A stretch of 62,513 nucleotides of DNA, filler included, from Sphacelaria rigidula (lineage: Eukaryota): the NCBI GenBank assembly GCA_964200075.2. It is 5 parts of 5 records of this genome, joined end to end, with 100 filler letters (N's around TTAATTAATTAA, not from the genome) between each part and the next. Parts side by side here need not be neighbours in the genome. Positions count along the whole stretch, not along the records: positions 12,525 to 24,947 come from CAXNAA020003791.1; 4 more parts are not named here. One strand, 5' to 3'. Under the pieces are notes generated by a model. That model saw only the letters and a list, made by a program, of their open reading frames with translations. It ran no database searches and was not told the DNA's origin. The position numbers and the translations under genes were made by a program. Positions 12,775 to 25,047 of this stretch are shown piece by piece (position 1 is the stretch's first letter; each line of letters begins with the position of its first letter).

Positions 12775-13493
12775 CGGGCTGGGCCAGCTTAAAAGCTGCT
12801 AGAGGTTGCTCACACCACAGCTTCCCCAGTTTCCCGAATGAACCCGATGTAAGCGTATCACTGTGAACTGCTAACCCACCTGATGACGAAGGACTGCGTC
12901 ATCGTTCGATTGGCGTCGTTTTGCGGATGACGTTGCTGTACTACATTAAGTACAGGGTGTGTCTGATATTGCTGAGCGATAGAGTGTCGAAGTGCTTTTT
13001 TTTTTTTTTCAATGCGGCGGGTTCACGTCAGCAATCACCCCGCGTTGGGTTTTAGTGGGGTTCAGCAGCGTCACAGAAAATATCAAACGCACGGTACACT
13101 TCGACAAGTCTTGAGCTGATATTTCATGAAGACTTTCTGCACCCAGGGAACTGATACATATCGAGTCCAGTTGCAGATTTCTCAATTTTTTCTGGACTCA
13201 AAGCATTACGCAGTTTTTTTCCCTGAAATTTCGAATCCCCATAACGTCCTCGTCATCTATTTTTTCTCTCTGCTGCTTTTGTGATCTTCTCCATTTCGAT
13301 CATAAAGAGCTGCTGTCAAAATTTCAGCGTCCAACTCCTAATATCTCGCCGTGTGTCGCCTGAGCGTGGTTCGCACTGTGATGGTTTAAGAGACAACCAA
13401 CTAGACTACTGACAAGTCAGCGCTGACTGGTGAGTAGTCTGGTTGATTGTACCTTAAACCGTCACAGCACCTACTCTTGGCTGGCCCAGCTCG
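12775..13493. mobile_element. MITE of the CGAGCTGGGCCAGCC-TIR family
   Basis: Left end TA|CGGGCTGGGCCAGCT, right end GGCTGGCCCAGCTCG|TG. Same TIR as 20806-21674. Confidence 0.6.
13377..13466. mobile_element. 90-bp palindromic miniature element with TGT...ACA ends and 4-bp TSD (Ginger-like MITE)
   Basis: GCAC|TGTGATGGTTTAAG...CTTAAACCGTCACA|GCAC. The whole element is an imperfect palindrome. A half copy lies at 16139-16185. Confidence 0.75.
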
Positions 13494-13620
13494 TGAAATC
13501 TCCGGGCACAGGTAGAGCTCGCAGTGGTGCCGGCCGGTACTACTGACAGATGACCACACCCGTTCGAACGCTCTTGTACCCTCGTGGTGCCGGTTCCGGA
13601 CACACTCACACACGCCTCAC

Positions 13621-14532
13621 CTCCCACCAACCAAGCAAGTCATGGATGATTTTTTTGGTGGTTGCTTTGCCGATGTTTTCTATCGGGTAGCCCGGAGCAT
13701 CTACGCCCGAGCACAGCCACGGGAGGAGTCGTGTCTCATTTCCTGCATCGGTGTGCTCTTTTTCGAGGTCGTTTGTTCCTCTTCCCCCCTGTTTCGGTAG
13801 CCGATGGGACATGAAAAGGAGTGTGGCTCATTTTTTCTCACTCACTCCTTTTGGTGAGCGGTGTATTTCATCGTGAGTTCTTTCCCACACCAGAGACCGC
13901 ACCTTCATGGTTGCGTTGGGTACAGATGTGTCCTCGTTCTTTTTGTCGGGAAGGTCTTTCGACATGAGCAACTTTTGTGGCCGTACTGCTGCTGTTGTGC
14001 TTGTAGGGAAGGAAACGATCGACCTGTGAACAGGGTCAGTCAAGTTGAATGTGAAAAACGAAAAAAACGGGTTTAGTTCTACTACTCCGAAACCTCACGT
14101 GACGTACCCTATCGAAGCCCCTTGAAACAAAGGTCCTCGTCCGTTTGGTGCTTCCGTTCGTCCCACAAAGGGAAAGCGTAGTACTGCGGCTGTCAGTAGT
14201 AACAGAACCAACACTCGTGAGGTATTCAGAACCCTCAATTTCATCTGTTCCGGCACATTTTGAAGTAGTGCCGGGCTCTCTGAGAGCCCCTCACTGTAGC
14301 ACATGGATCGTCAACATTTATCGGTTTCACGTACTCTCAGAACGTATATGAAGGAGCATTCACGGCTGCCTGTTCTTTGGAAGCCCTTCGGCACGCGACG
14401 AAATCGCCGACGTTCTTGACGACGTCGGCCGCTCATATACTCTGTGCTGTACATGTCGAAGACGGCCTGGGTTTGATGACCACGACACAACCACCATCAA
14501 CGTCGATGACGTGCGTGTTGCTACTTGATCCT
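13621..14532 (-). pseudogene. Decayed multi-exon gene with short introns, possibly a hAT/BED-finger transposase relic
   Basis: Four exon-like blocks separated by short (~55-80 nt) GTGAG...CAG introns, with in-frame stops. Fragments SYTF*EYVKPI, LPYKHNSSSTATKVAHVE and PGYPIENIGKATTKKII loosely recall a BED finger and hAT N-terminus. Confidence 0.25.
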
Positions 14533-14720
14533 CTGGTGGCGCAAATGAACCCCCCTCGCTTAATTCACCAGTCGTGAGTCTGGGGGTGATCTATCCTGAC
14601 GGTCTGGAGGACTGATCATGTTTCGTGTTGCCACTCATCCGTACCTCGTATCCCGTCACATACCGGACTGCAGAAGCTTTCAACACTGATTTTTGTTGGT
14701 GTGCAGTATTGAATAAAGAA

Positions 14721-15400
14721 CACGGGATCTTACAAAATGGGGATGCGTCTTTCATTGGGGATGAGAAGTCCGGAGAATTAAAATCTTCGTATCTACACCA
14801 CATCTCTGAGATGTGGTTCCATTTCCTCCCCTACTGATAGCTACTGACAACTGCTACACGCCAAGAAGGTTTGGATTTCTACCACCGAAATGCTGGGGTC
14901 CGAGGTCAAAAAACAATTTCGGAACCATTTTGGCGTCCGTTCGGACACCCGGAATTCCCCAAAATTGATTTTTCACCTAGGACCCCAACGTTTCGAAATC
15001 CGAATTTCACCAGCGTGTAGCAGTTGTCAATAGCTACCAGTAGGTGAAGAAATGGAAATATGTTCCAAAGATTTGGTATGAATACGACGATTTTAGAGCA
15101 ATGGCCTAGAAGGGTATACCTTCTCGTTTTTTGCCCCACAGAGGTACGAAAAATGGCCAGAAACGCGAAAACAGCTAAGCACGCCATTCCCCCCGCCCCC
15201 CGAATGATGTGCGTGAAAAATTCGAAGCGAAAACGGTCAGAATGGCGTGTTTGGCTGCTTTCGCGTTACTGGCCATTTTTCATACCGTTCTTGGGCAAAA
15301 AACGAGAGGGTATACCTTTCTAGGCCATTGCTCAAGATTCTGATTCTCCTGGTTTCTAATCCCCAATAAAATATTCATCCTCAACTTGTAAGATCCCGTG
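14721..15400. mobile_element. Non-autonomous DNA transposon with CACGGGATCTTACAA TIRs and two internal long hairpins
   Basis: TIRs at 14721-14735 and 15386-15400. Internal inverted repeats span ~14818-15057 and ~15094-15333. A second copy is in contig 1. Confidence 0.8.
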
Positions 15401-15486
15401 TTGAAGGGGTTGGGTGGGTTGATCGATGTGAGGTACATGTTCAGGTCATGAGGTTGTGTCTGGGTTGAACGTTGTCCATACCGCTC

Positions 15487-16061
15487 CAAGGTATGTACCT
15501 GTGCTCATACCTGCAATCGGGTATATCTATAACGGTATACCCGAACCCCGAGTAGGGACAGGGGAATATTACAGAGATCACAACACGACGAATCGGGTAC
15601 CGGTACTGGATGTGAGTCTTGCAGAACTTGCAGAACTTGTCGCGCACGGTATAGAAGGCTCATAGAAAAACCGGTACCGGTACGGGTACTTTCCAATAGT
15701 ATACCCGCGCTCCGGGTACGGGTAAACACTGCGTACAGAACTAACAGAACTGTCGGGTAGGGGTATGGGAAGCTTACAGAGCTCACAGAGACTGTCGGGT
15801 AGGGTATGGAGGTTGAACAGAAAACCGTACCCACAATCAGGTATCTCATCAACAGCGTACCCGTCTCCCCCGGTAACGGTACGTGAGCCTTGCAGAGATT
15901 ACAGGACTATCGGGTAAGGGAATGAAAGTCTTACACAGATGAAAAAACTGTCGCGTACCGGTGTGAAAGTCTTACAGAAGTCACCGACCTGTCGGGTACG
16001 GTAAAAACCCGGCAGAATACCCCGGTAATACAGGAAACCGTAACCTGCAGAACACAACCTT
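15487..16061. mobile_element. MITE-like element of the CAAGGTTGTGTTCTGCAGG-end family, with internal CGGGTA/ACAGAAC subrepeats
   Basis: Right end CCTGCAGAACACAACCTTG, degenerate left end CAAGGTATGT, and many GGTACCGG/ACAGAACT motifs. Related copy at 28068-28395. Confidence 0.7.
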
Positions 16062-16138
16062 GGATGAGTCCCTGCAAACCTGTTCTTCGACTTGATTATG
16101 ACAACACACCCGCTAAGGAAAGACCGTTTTGTACAGAA

Positions 16139-16185
16139 TGTGACGGTTCAAGAGACAACCAACTAGACTACAGATCAGTCAGCGC
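16139..16185 (+). mobile_element. Half copy (one arm) of the 90-bp TGT...ACA palindromic element
   Basis: TGTGACGGTTCAAGAGACAACCAACTAGACTACAGATCAGTCAGCGC matches 13377-13423 with a few mismatches. Confidence 0.75.
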
Positions 16186-19100
16186 AACTTCAACAAATCT
16201 ATGAAGCTTTACAGGGGTACACACGAATCTGAATTTCACGAATGTGAGTTCACCCGATTTGGCACAGATTCGGGTCGGGCCAGATTCGAGATTGTCTGCC
16301 ACACAAGTTTGTCTGATTACCACCGGGCGACCCGCACACTCATGAACAAGAATGTCCAGTGAGGGCTACCAGCAACTACCCATGAACGCCGTAGGAGATC
16401 GCCAGCGATGTCGTTATTCCTTAGACTGTGTGTGCACGAGTACGGCCTTCTCTTCGCCTATGTTGACGTGAGGAACACTCACGAACAGGAGCAACAAGAC
16501 GGCAAAGCCAGGAGACCATACCACAGAGTTGTACGGTGAACATAGAGCTAGGTGTTGGGACCCTCTTCGGAGCAAAGAAACCTGGCGAAAGTACCATGTA
16601 TTCCGTGAACACCTGTCACCGCCATTTATTCGGCGTGCGACCCTTTGCGTGCTTTGTACCCGGTTCCATCGTCGACACGCGAAAAGCGAATCATCCACTG
16701 CACACTTTTCAGGCACAACTCACTCGCAGTATCTACTGGTGGATACCGTTTGAATCGCAGTCATTGGATGTGAAGCATTTCATGTCAAGTAATAGGTGGT
16801 GCCTACATTACCCGTGAGAGACCAACGCTGTAGATTTAGTTTTTACGAGACGCGCTGATGTCATTCAGCTGAAAATTCTACCCTGAGGATCAGGCAGTAT
16901 CTCTTTTCCTGAACGGCAATGTAGTTGCAGAGTGTAATCCATCTTTCGAGGCGCCGCTCGTGGCGAAACAGTCTTCATGCACACCCTATTCGAATATACT
17001 CACACCCAAGTATGATCAACATGGTTGATTGGATTTGCCTGGAGTAGATTTGTACCTCGGTTGAGGATCTGGTGTAAACGGCCAAGTGCAGGTACTGTTC
17101 GCGACGGTTAAATTGGGCGGAAAGTGAGAATTTCTCTCATGTGACACATGATCATTCCTGGTATAGGCACGGTGGCTTATGGTGTGCAGCAACAACCAGG
17201 TTCATGGTTCTTCACGTATCCATGTGAGATTGTGGTGTGTGATGCAGTTACAGGATGGGTGGTTGTGTTTGAGCTCGTGTGATTGATGGCTGGGAAGGGA
17301 GATGAGTTATACCGATTTGTGCGGTTAGGTTTCCCCACGGTACTCAGTGTTCGTCCAAGTCCGTTCTAATTCACTCCTCTACATCAGCTACATCCAGTTC
17401 AAGTCGTCCATCATTTTGTCCGTCAGACCGATTTCGTCGATATTTATTATGCATTAATGAATATAAATATATATATATATAAATATATTCATTAATGCAT
17501 GTTAAATATTGACGGTTTAGGTCTGACGGGACTGTGGGTTACGAACTCCAGGTGTCGTGCTGGTGTTGTGGTCACGGCGAATGTCCCAATACTCAATCGG
17601 TCAATCATCATATTTTGCTGACTTACGCGCGCCACGAGCTTCTCACGGCACAGGCTCCATGTTAAAAACACTCGGCATAAGGCACTTCTGCCACGGTGCG
17701 AACTGTAAGCAACAACATTCCTGGGGCTGGCCTTACAATCGGGCCTCTGCCCTTGGGTGTTTGTTGACACCCGTCAATCAAAACAATGTGAAAGCAGTCA
17801 CGATATCTTCGAACCAGCACGCATGTATCAATACAGTAGGCTTTTCAACTTCGTCAGTCATATGACCGTATTCCCTAAGAGCCGCGTCACGAAGCCCGAG
17901 CTGCAGCAACATACTAGGGATAGTATCAACTACACAACTGTAGTCATAGACCATGACCGCATTACAACCCTCCACTGTTTCTTGAACAAATTTCCAGCAT
18001 CAAATCATCATTGAATTCCAAGCGGAACATCATACGGAGATATGTAGAGCTGCGACCCACATCTTCTTCCACTCTTCTCCGTCCTGGCCCCTTTGAGAGA
18101 AGCGTACCAGGTCATCTGTGTCCAGTGACTGCGTGCTGACTGTGCGAAAAGCAAAAGTTAGCTTTCACTGGCACCTTGAACACACAATGCCGGCCAGGGG
18201 AAAACGAGTGAAAGCAACAGGGGTTCATGTATCTGCGGCGCACTTCCTCAGGTGCCACGTAAACAATGACTGCATAAATGGAAGAGCTGAACATGGTGCT
18301 GCTTGCTCAGAATCTCGAAGGCGGCCGAAAGCCTACAGCTCTTGGAATGCATCAGATTTGTATAGCCACGAGCGAAGGTGTACTGCCATGGCCCACACCG
18401 CGTGCTGTTGCCGTTGCTATTAGTTCATATGTGTACACGCAGCGGGCAAAGCACAACGAAGCCTGTGTGATGATGCAACTTCAGAGAAATATCGACGACT
18501 GGTGCGACCATAGAACCCAACAAGACGCCTGTGCAAGTTAGCCCTCCTACTGCAAACTTAGCTTCAGGACAGCATTACGGAATGACCGTCATGACCTCAA
18601 AGAACGGAGGTAGGGGAGGGAACCGGGAAGAGTTTTCCTTGAAACGCAAACGCCTCCGCTCAACTCCAGACGCGATCGTTTCTAGGAAAATACCAGCGTC
18701 GTGCGACGGTTTGGCAGGAATCAAGTGACGCATGTTCATATTCTCCTCCGGTAAAAGTGATATCATCTAGTTCCCGCACATATCGTCAACCATTTATCAT
18801 CTCTGACCTCACCTATGTTGGAGTCAAACCGTCAAAATCATGACGTAACCCGACGACTGTAGCGCCCGCGGCCAACGAAAGTCTGAAGAGTAATATTTGG
18901 AGAACAGCAGGAGTGTAGACCAACGAAAGTTCCACACTACGGCCGATTTACAGAGTATCACACCCTGGACAACATAAAATGCTCCTGATATATATCACAG
19001 TGATAAAATTATTTTTTCTCACCTCTGCGAGCCCTGCAGATGGCTGCACTTTCTCACTCAATCTCAGGATACATCTCTGCCGTGGTCATCTCGTTCACAG

Positions 19101-19394
19101 GAGCTCTGAGAAGCCTGCATTGCTTCTTGCATTATTTCAGAGTACAATTCTCCGCTGATTACCACACCTAATACAATAGACGGCGTCTATTACGATAGCA
19201 AAAGAATCTTCTGCAGTCAATGCCTATACCGTCGTCCATGATGGCCATTCATCGACGAGTTTCTGTTTCATTTGTAGTTTGCAATGTCTATCGATAGACC
19301 ACTTTTCCACACGCTTGTCCGGGCAGCAGTCTGCTGTCGCCCTACACCGAGATCTATTCCGGCCGACCAAATGTATCGATCGTTGGTTTCCCAA

Positions 19395-20700
19395 ATCTAA
19401 TGATAACGGCAATGGCTATCGAAAGACTGCGTGCCATATTTATCGATGACGATGGCTGTCGACAGATTGCATACCACATCTATTGATGACGGCAATAGCT
19501 ATTGACAAATCGCGTATTAATCTGTACATGGCAATGAATATCGATACAGAATCTACTGTGGTACACAATGCCTACCGATTGATATCCTCTGTCGTCTATT
19601 GACACGCCTACATCGCAACATGCCACGTATGGAACATATTTTACTCCATTGAACGACGGTAGAGAAGTCTCGGATCAACATGCAGTGGGTATGTATAGCG
19701 ATCCTACTTGTGAACATGTGACCTGCCATTTTCAGACTTCTGGTAGGCTTGTATTTCATAGGAATTCGCAATACGTGTGGATATAATTTTCCAACCTTTT
19801 CGTTGTTATGTTGGTGCTTATGATTGTCCCCCTGATCATCGGCGCTTACAGTACTGTTGTGTGTGGGTGAGATGTGTTTTTACCCTGGATATTAGACTAT
19901 GTAATAGAACATTGGCGCTGCTATAGCCCCGGGAATTTGACTGTCAATGTTCATTGTCATAATCAACTAGCATCAACGTCAATCGATCCCTGTTGAACGC
20001 GACAATAGATTCGGCACAAGGGACACAGTGTATCATTGCCGTGACAATATAGGGGTCATCCTATCCATCGAAACATTTCAGTTGTTGCAATAGGCTCTTA
20101 AATGTGGCCACCGATGTCCATTGCCAATCACAATATGATCTGCGACGCAGCCACTGATATATATCGTTGGTCACTGTAGGATCTGAATCGCGCTTAACGT
20201 CTAACGACGGTCACAACATAATCTGAATCGCGACCACTAATATTCATTGCTGATCATAAAAGTAGCTGAATGGCGTCGATCACCAGCGCCATGTATGCAG
20301 AAATTTCGATGTTTATTTTCAACTTATACGCAAGAAGCTATGGCTAGCCATGGCCTCCGCTCGCTGCGTTGTCATATGTGAGGGGTATTACCGTTGATTT
20401 CACAAGAACCACTGCAGTGAGCAATCAATTTTTCAAAACCTATCGTTGGCGTCACTGGCTATCAGTAGGTGCTCCCGAAAACAATCGATCGCTGACAGGA
20501 ATGGCCACATTGATGTATCGCAAAGAATGCGTTGTTGACTGCAGGGCTACCGATAGACGGCTCACCATATCTGGTGATGACGGTGTTAGGTACTAGTAGA
20601 TGGCCCACCTAATCTATTGATGAAAATGGCCATCGATGGCTGGCTAACCAAACCTTTTGATTACGGCAACGGCTATCGATACACACATCCCAGAATTGAT
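19395..20700. repeat. Patches of degenerate ~40-bp tandem repeats (ATCGAT-rich)
   Basis: Recurring ATCTATTGATGACGGCAATRGCTATCGA-like units at ~19397-19520 and ~20545-20690, and a related ATCTGAATCGCG unit at ~20135-20275. Confidence 0.45.
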
Positions 20701-20805
20701 TGTAGTACACGATGTCCATCGCGAGTGATCTTCATCTATTTTAATTACTGTAGGCTATCGATCGCCTCTTGCGACATCCGATGTCCATTGCAATACATAT
20801 CAATA

Positions 20806-21674
20806 CGAGCTCGGCCAGCCTAAAAACGGATTCAAGCTCTAGAAGCGATATCTCTTCAACGCTCGACGCGGACGAGTTGGGCCGTGATCTTCATATGGTA
20901 TTAATCGTCCAATCAAGAGGAAGGTGCACATCTGCTCAAAAGTTTGGGCCCATATTTTCTCGTTGATTAAACCCCGTGTCTAGTAATTCCTATACCTGAG
21001 GGAGATCGCGCCAATACATTGCCAATACTAAAATCTTCGTGAAACTGCCGATCGATGTATTTGGCGGATGGCGACGAATTTTGGTGCAGAGAACCATAAA
21101 AGAGTGCCGAATAAAAAAAAGTATGAGCCTTCATCTTCTTGTTTTTTGAATAGAGGTTAGGGCATTTCTGTAAAACAATGGTCTCACAATAGTAGAATGC
21201 CCTAAACCAGTGAAAAAAATCGAAGAAAATCAACCTCACCCATTATTTTTTGTTGAATATGCCTTGGAGAGCGCAAATACCAGATTTCAATACAATAAAA
21301 TCAGACGTGGGCCGGTGCGTGGCGTGCAAAATACTGTTCCGAATCTATACCGACCCGGTTTTTGATAGGCCCATGCTCTTTCTTACATTCAGAGTTGGAC
21401 CCTGAAAGTTGGTATAGACAGTGCATAGGGCATTGGAAACAAATACCGAAGTACCAAAAGTGTTTTTTCTTCATGGGTGAAGGGGCAATAATCGGTTTTC
21501 AGGTATCAGTCAGATGCCCCTGACTCATGAAAAAAAAAACACTTTTGGTGCTTCAGTAAAAAAAAATTGCATGCCCTATGCACTGTTCATACCAAATTTC
21601 AGGGTCCAACTCTAATTGTGTAAAAGAGCATGAGCCTGCAAACTTCAAACCCGCCTTTAGGCTGGCCCAGCTCG
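20806..21674. mobile_element. TA-flanked MITE with CGAGCTGGGCCAGCCTAAA TIRs (Tc1/mariner-type signature)
   Basis: TA|CGAGCTCGGCCAGCCTAAAAACGG ... CCGCCTTTAGGCTGGCCCAGCTCG|TA, with TA duplicated on both sides. Confidence 0.8.
21366..21638. mobile_element. Foldback element with ~120-bp inverted arms, nested in the TA-MITE
   Basis: AGGCCCATGCTCTTT...AGAGTTGGACCCTGAAA...ACAGTGCATAGGGCAT...ACCAAAAGTGTTTTT is mirrored in 21515-21638. Confidence 0.85.
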
Positions 21675-22299
21675 TACATGTGTTTCACGATCTATCGTGT
21701 TCGGTAATGTATATGTCGATAGCTTTTCCCCCGTGCTTGTTGCTGAAGCAATGGACCATTTTTGTCTACATCGTCCAGCTGATGCCATATGCACTGCTTC
21801 CAACTTTTCCCCCGCGTTCCCCTCCCACGCTACTCATGCATATTCCGGCTTTGGTACAATCATGTTCACAGTGTGCCGAGTGTACGTATCGGCCTCAGTT
21901 GCATTTCGCTGGGCATTAGGGGGCGTTCCCGTCCTGCTCAGGTTTGGAATGCATACTCTTTCCGTGCTGTGATCACCATGGCATTAAGATCCGACTCATG
22001 TCCTCGTTGGACGGCGGACACTCCGACCGTCGGAGATGCCACCTCCTTCCGTGCACAGGCCCTGCATTCCTCAGTGGAAGCGGTGTGGTTTTCACTTGAA
22101 AATTGAAGCTGCAGCATGCTCAGATGGATGGGCTGTGCGGAACGACTTCGCGGTCAATCTCAGCGCACACATGTCCCATCGTCTCGACTATACTTTCCTT
22201 TGACGGTGTCTGGACTGCTGGTGTTGTTGCTCCTGCTGCTCCTCTGCCGTACTTGCGTTTTATTCGTCATGAGGCGGCAGCATTCATTGTTGATCATTT

Positions 22300-22975
22300 A
22301 GTCGGCAAACGGTCGCCCCAACACCTCATGGCGGATGCGTCGTGGGTCCGAACCTCAGTGCAGTCACACGATCTGAAATTTTCGTCTCGCACATTGTCTC
22401 AACAGTGGACGGCGATCATGTCGTGATTATGCAGATTTCAATTTCACGGTCGACGAGGGAAAGGGACTACTGAACCTCTCGCAATGAAAAAAAAAAGCAA
22501 CTACCACAGAATTATACTTGCCCTTTACTGTCTCTGGGGGGCTGCTGCTGCTGCTGCTGCTACTCGGCCGCACATATGTACTTCTCGTCATGAGGCACCG
22601 GCTTCTGTTTTTTATATTCTACTCGGCAGACGGTCGCCTCGGTGGCTCAGTTGGTGACCCTGAAATCTAAGTGCAGTAACACGCTGAAGATAATAATCTC
22701 ACACCATGTCCAACGACGGACGCGACGACGGTAGGTCGTGATACTTTAGTCGGCAGGCGATCGCCCCCGTGGCTCAGACGGTGACCCCACACCTCACGAC
22801 GGCTGGGTCGTGGGTTCGATCCTCAGGGTAGTCACACGGCTTGGAATTTTCCATCTCACACAATGCCCCGACAGTGGACGGCGATCACGTCGTGAACAGT
22901 TTTTAAGTTCACGGTCGACGAGAGAAAGGGAACGCTGAACCCCTCTCGCGATGAACAAGTAAGGCCACCACGGAA
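22300..22975 (+). mobile_element. Three tandem, variably deleted copies of a tRNA-derived SINE
   Basis: Best copy (22749-22975) has Pol III A-box TGGCTCAGACGG (22770-22781) and B-box GGTTCGATCC (22813-22822), then a non-tRNA body. Related copies at ~22301-22510 and ~22623-22742. Confidence 0.7.
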
Positions 22976-24557
22976 TTCTCGGTGTTAACCTCCTTCTGTG
23001 TCACGCGTGACGCACACAACCAGCATGCACATGTATATCGCGTGGTCTCGACTTTACGTCATTCTTACCAATGCGATATTTTCACCGGTAAGGTATGTCA
23101 TCCAACAACAGATGACCATCTCGGCGGTCTGATAAAATTCGTTGCCACTATTTGTGTTTTCGGTTGACGGGTCAATTCACCTCTTGATTGGCGATCGGGT
23201 GGTCAACTTCGTTGCCATCAGATGTTCTTGGTTTGCCGGGGCGGTCAATTCCTCCGGTTAACTTCTGATTGTGATGCGTAGTGTTGACTCTTCGTACGTA
23301 CTTATCATTCATGTTGCTCTTCGGGCTGACACCTAAGCAAACTTTGTCTTTTTGTAGAATCGGCAGCGATTTCACATTAAAATCCAGCATCATTCTCATG
23401 ACACACTTCAACGGCATGACAAAAAATATCCGCCGCTCTCAATCAACCTTCTAACAGCGAAAGAAGTAGGTATTCTGTTGGAAGTGGCCCAAATTGCACT
23501 CGGTAAAAGTATCCACGACCTCAATTCACCATCGTACTTAGCCCATGGGCTGCTGCGGCTTCTTCTACACACCACGTGTGGCCTCTGCCGTTGCGCAATG
23601 CACACAGGTACCACCGGTGCTCATGTACCTCGGCTGTCGATCCACTGATCGTGGTGGTGAAGCCAGAGAAATTCCTGAATACAGATCATCACGTGCGACA
23701 GTGTGTTACCCAACCAAAATAACTTGGACGGGTGCATCGATGCCTAGTATAGCTTCCATCCATCTATGTTGCTCAAGTACTGTACTCTGCGATGTCCAGG
23801 GACTCATCCTGTCCAACGAATTTCTGCTTCATTGTTTTCGAGTAAAAATCACGACCTTACTCGTGTTGACCTGTGTGTTGTGCAAGCATGTTCACGTCAT
23901 TTCCTAGAGAATAGACAGGCAGGTCTCCTCATGCTTGATACCTCAGTAATTTTTCGAGGAAAAATGGTGCCGATTCGTCAGCGATCCGGCCCTTTTGACA
24001 CCAGTGCAATACCCGTGTTGGATCACTCCAGCAGCAGATCTGTAGGTTGCGAGCAGGTTCTCACCTTCATCTTGAGAGTCGCACTTCAACCTATGGTACG
24101 AAAAAACCCGAGCGATTGATGAAAAACTGGGAATTTGCAGAATTTTCCGCATGGGGCGGGGGCAAAAGACATCCACGCTCAGTGGAGATGACCAAATATA
24201 CGTCAACAATGATCGGTACTCGATGATACTTGATTTTAGAGCAACTAAAGTGCCGAGAAAATTCATGATTTCGGGCTCGTCCAGAACTTGTTTGGTCCGA
24301 AATTGGCACAAAGGCGTCGATTTGAGCTATGGCAACGTACCCGTAGCCTACGGGACACTTCGCGCCCCTCTGCCCGAGGGTTCTCGATATGCGTTGGGGT
24401 TGGCGGTATCTCCATACCCTTGTTCAAGTGCAGTTCATCAGATCCTCTCTCCAGGTTTCACCAACATCCTCACCTAATGAGAGACTGGGGGTTTCGATCT
24501 CTTCCACCATGCCCTACCGACTTTTCATACAAAAATCCAAAAAAGCAAGTTTCAATA

Positions 24558-24947
24558 CGAACTGGGCAAGCCTAAAAAAGGATCAAGCGGAGATAGCGGC
24601 CAGACTAAAATCTATGAAACCCCGAACGATGGATCAAGCTGATGATGACGATTTTTGGTGAGGACCTTCCCTCGAGCACGGAAAGACGTTAGATGCCCTC
24701 ACCTTCACCTGATTCGTAATCTATCTCGAAAAATGACGCACGTAAGGTTTTAGATCAAAATCAATATATCACGGGCAGAGAATGACCTGAATATGGATAT
24801 CGCGTCCCAGCTTCTGACAGTTTGCTATGAAATTTGGTCTGGAGAACCGCAAGTGCAAAATGACATGAAAAACACAGTTTTTCGGGGGGGGGGGGGGGGA
24901 AATGTTTTCTCACAATTTCAAGTTCGTCTATGGGGGTTCGAGGGGAA
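24558..24947 (+). mobile_element. Left part of another CGAGCTGGGCCAGCC-family MITE, cut by the contig end
   Basis: TA|CGAACTGGGCAAGCCTAAAAAAGG matches the family TIR. Confidence 0.5.
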
Positions 24948-25047
24948 NNNNNNNNNNNNNNNNNNNNNNNNNNNNNNNNNNNNNNNNNNNNTTAATTAAT
25001 TAANNNNNNNNNNNNNNNNNNNNNNNNNNNNNNNNNNNNNNNNNNNN
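24948..25047. other. Artificial contig linker
   Basis: N44-TTAATTAATTAA-N44. Confidence 0.97.

Noticed and set aside
16200..19200. Possible decayed coding sequence (LINE RT or other) in contig 2
   Set aside because: Only short stop-ridden frames, with no recognisable motif order or consistent splice model.
22763..22840. Functional tRNA gene
   Set aside because: A- and B-boxes are present, but no acceptor or anticodon stems can be formed, and it continues into a repeated body typical of a SINE.
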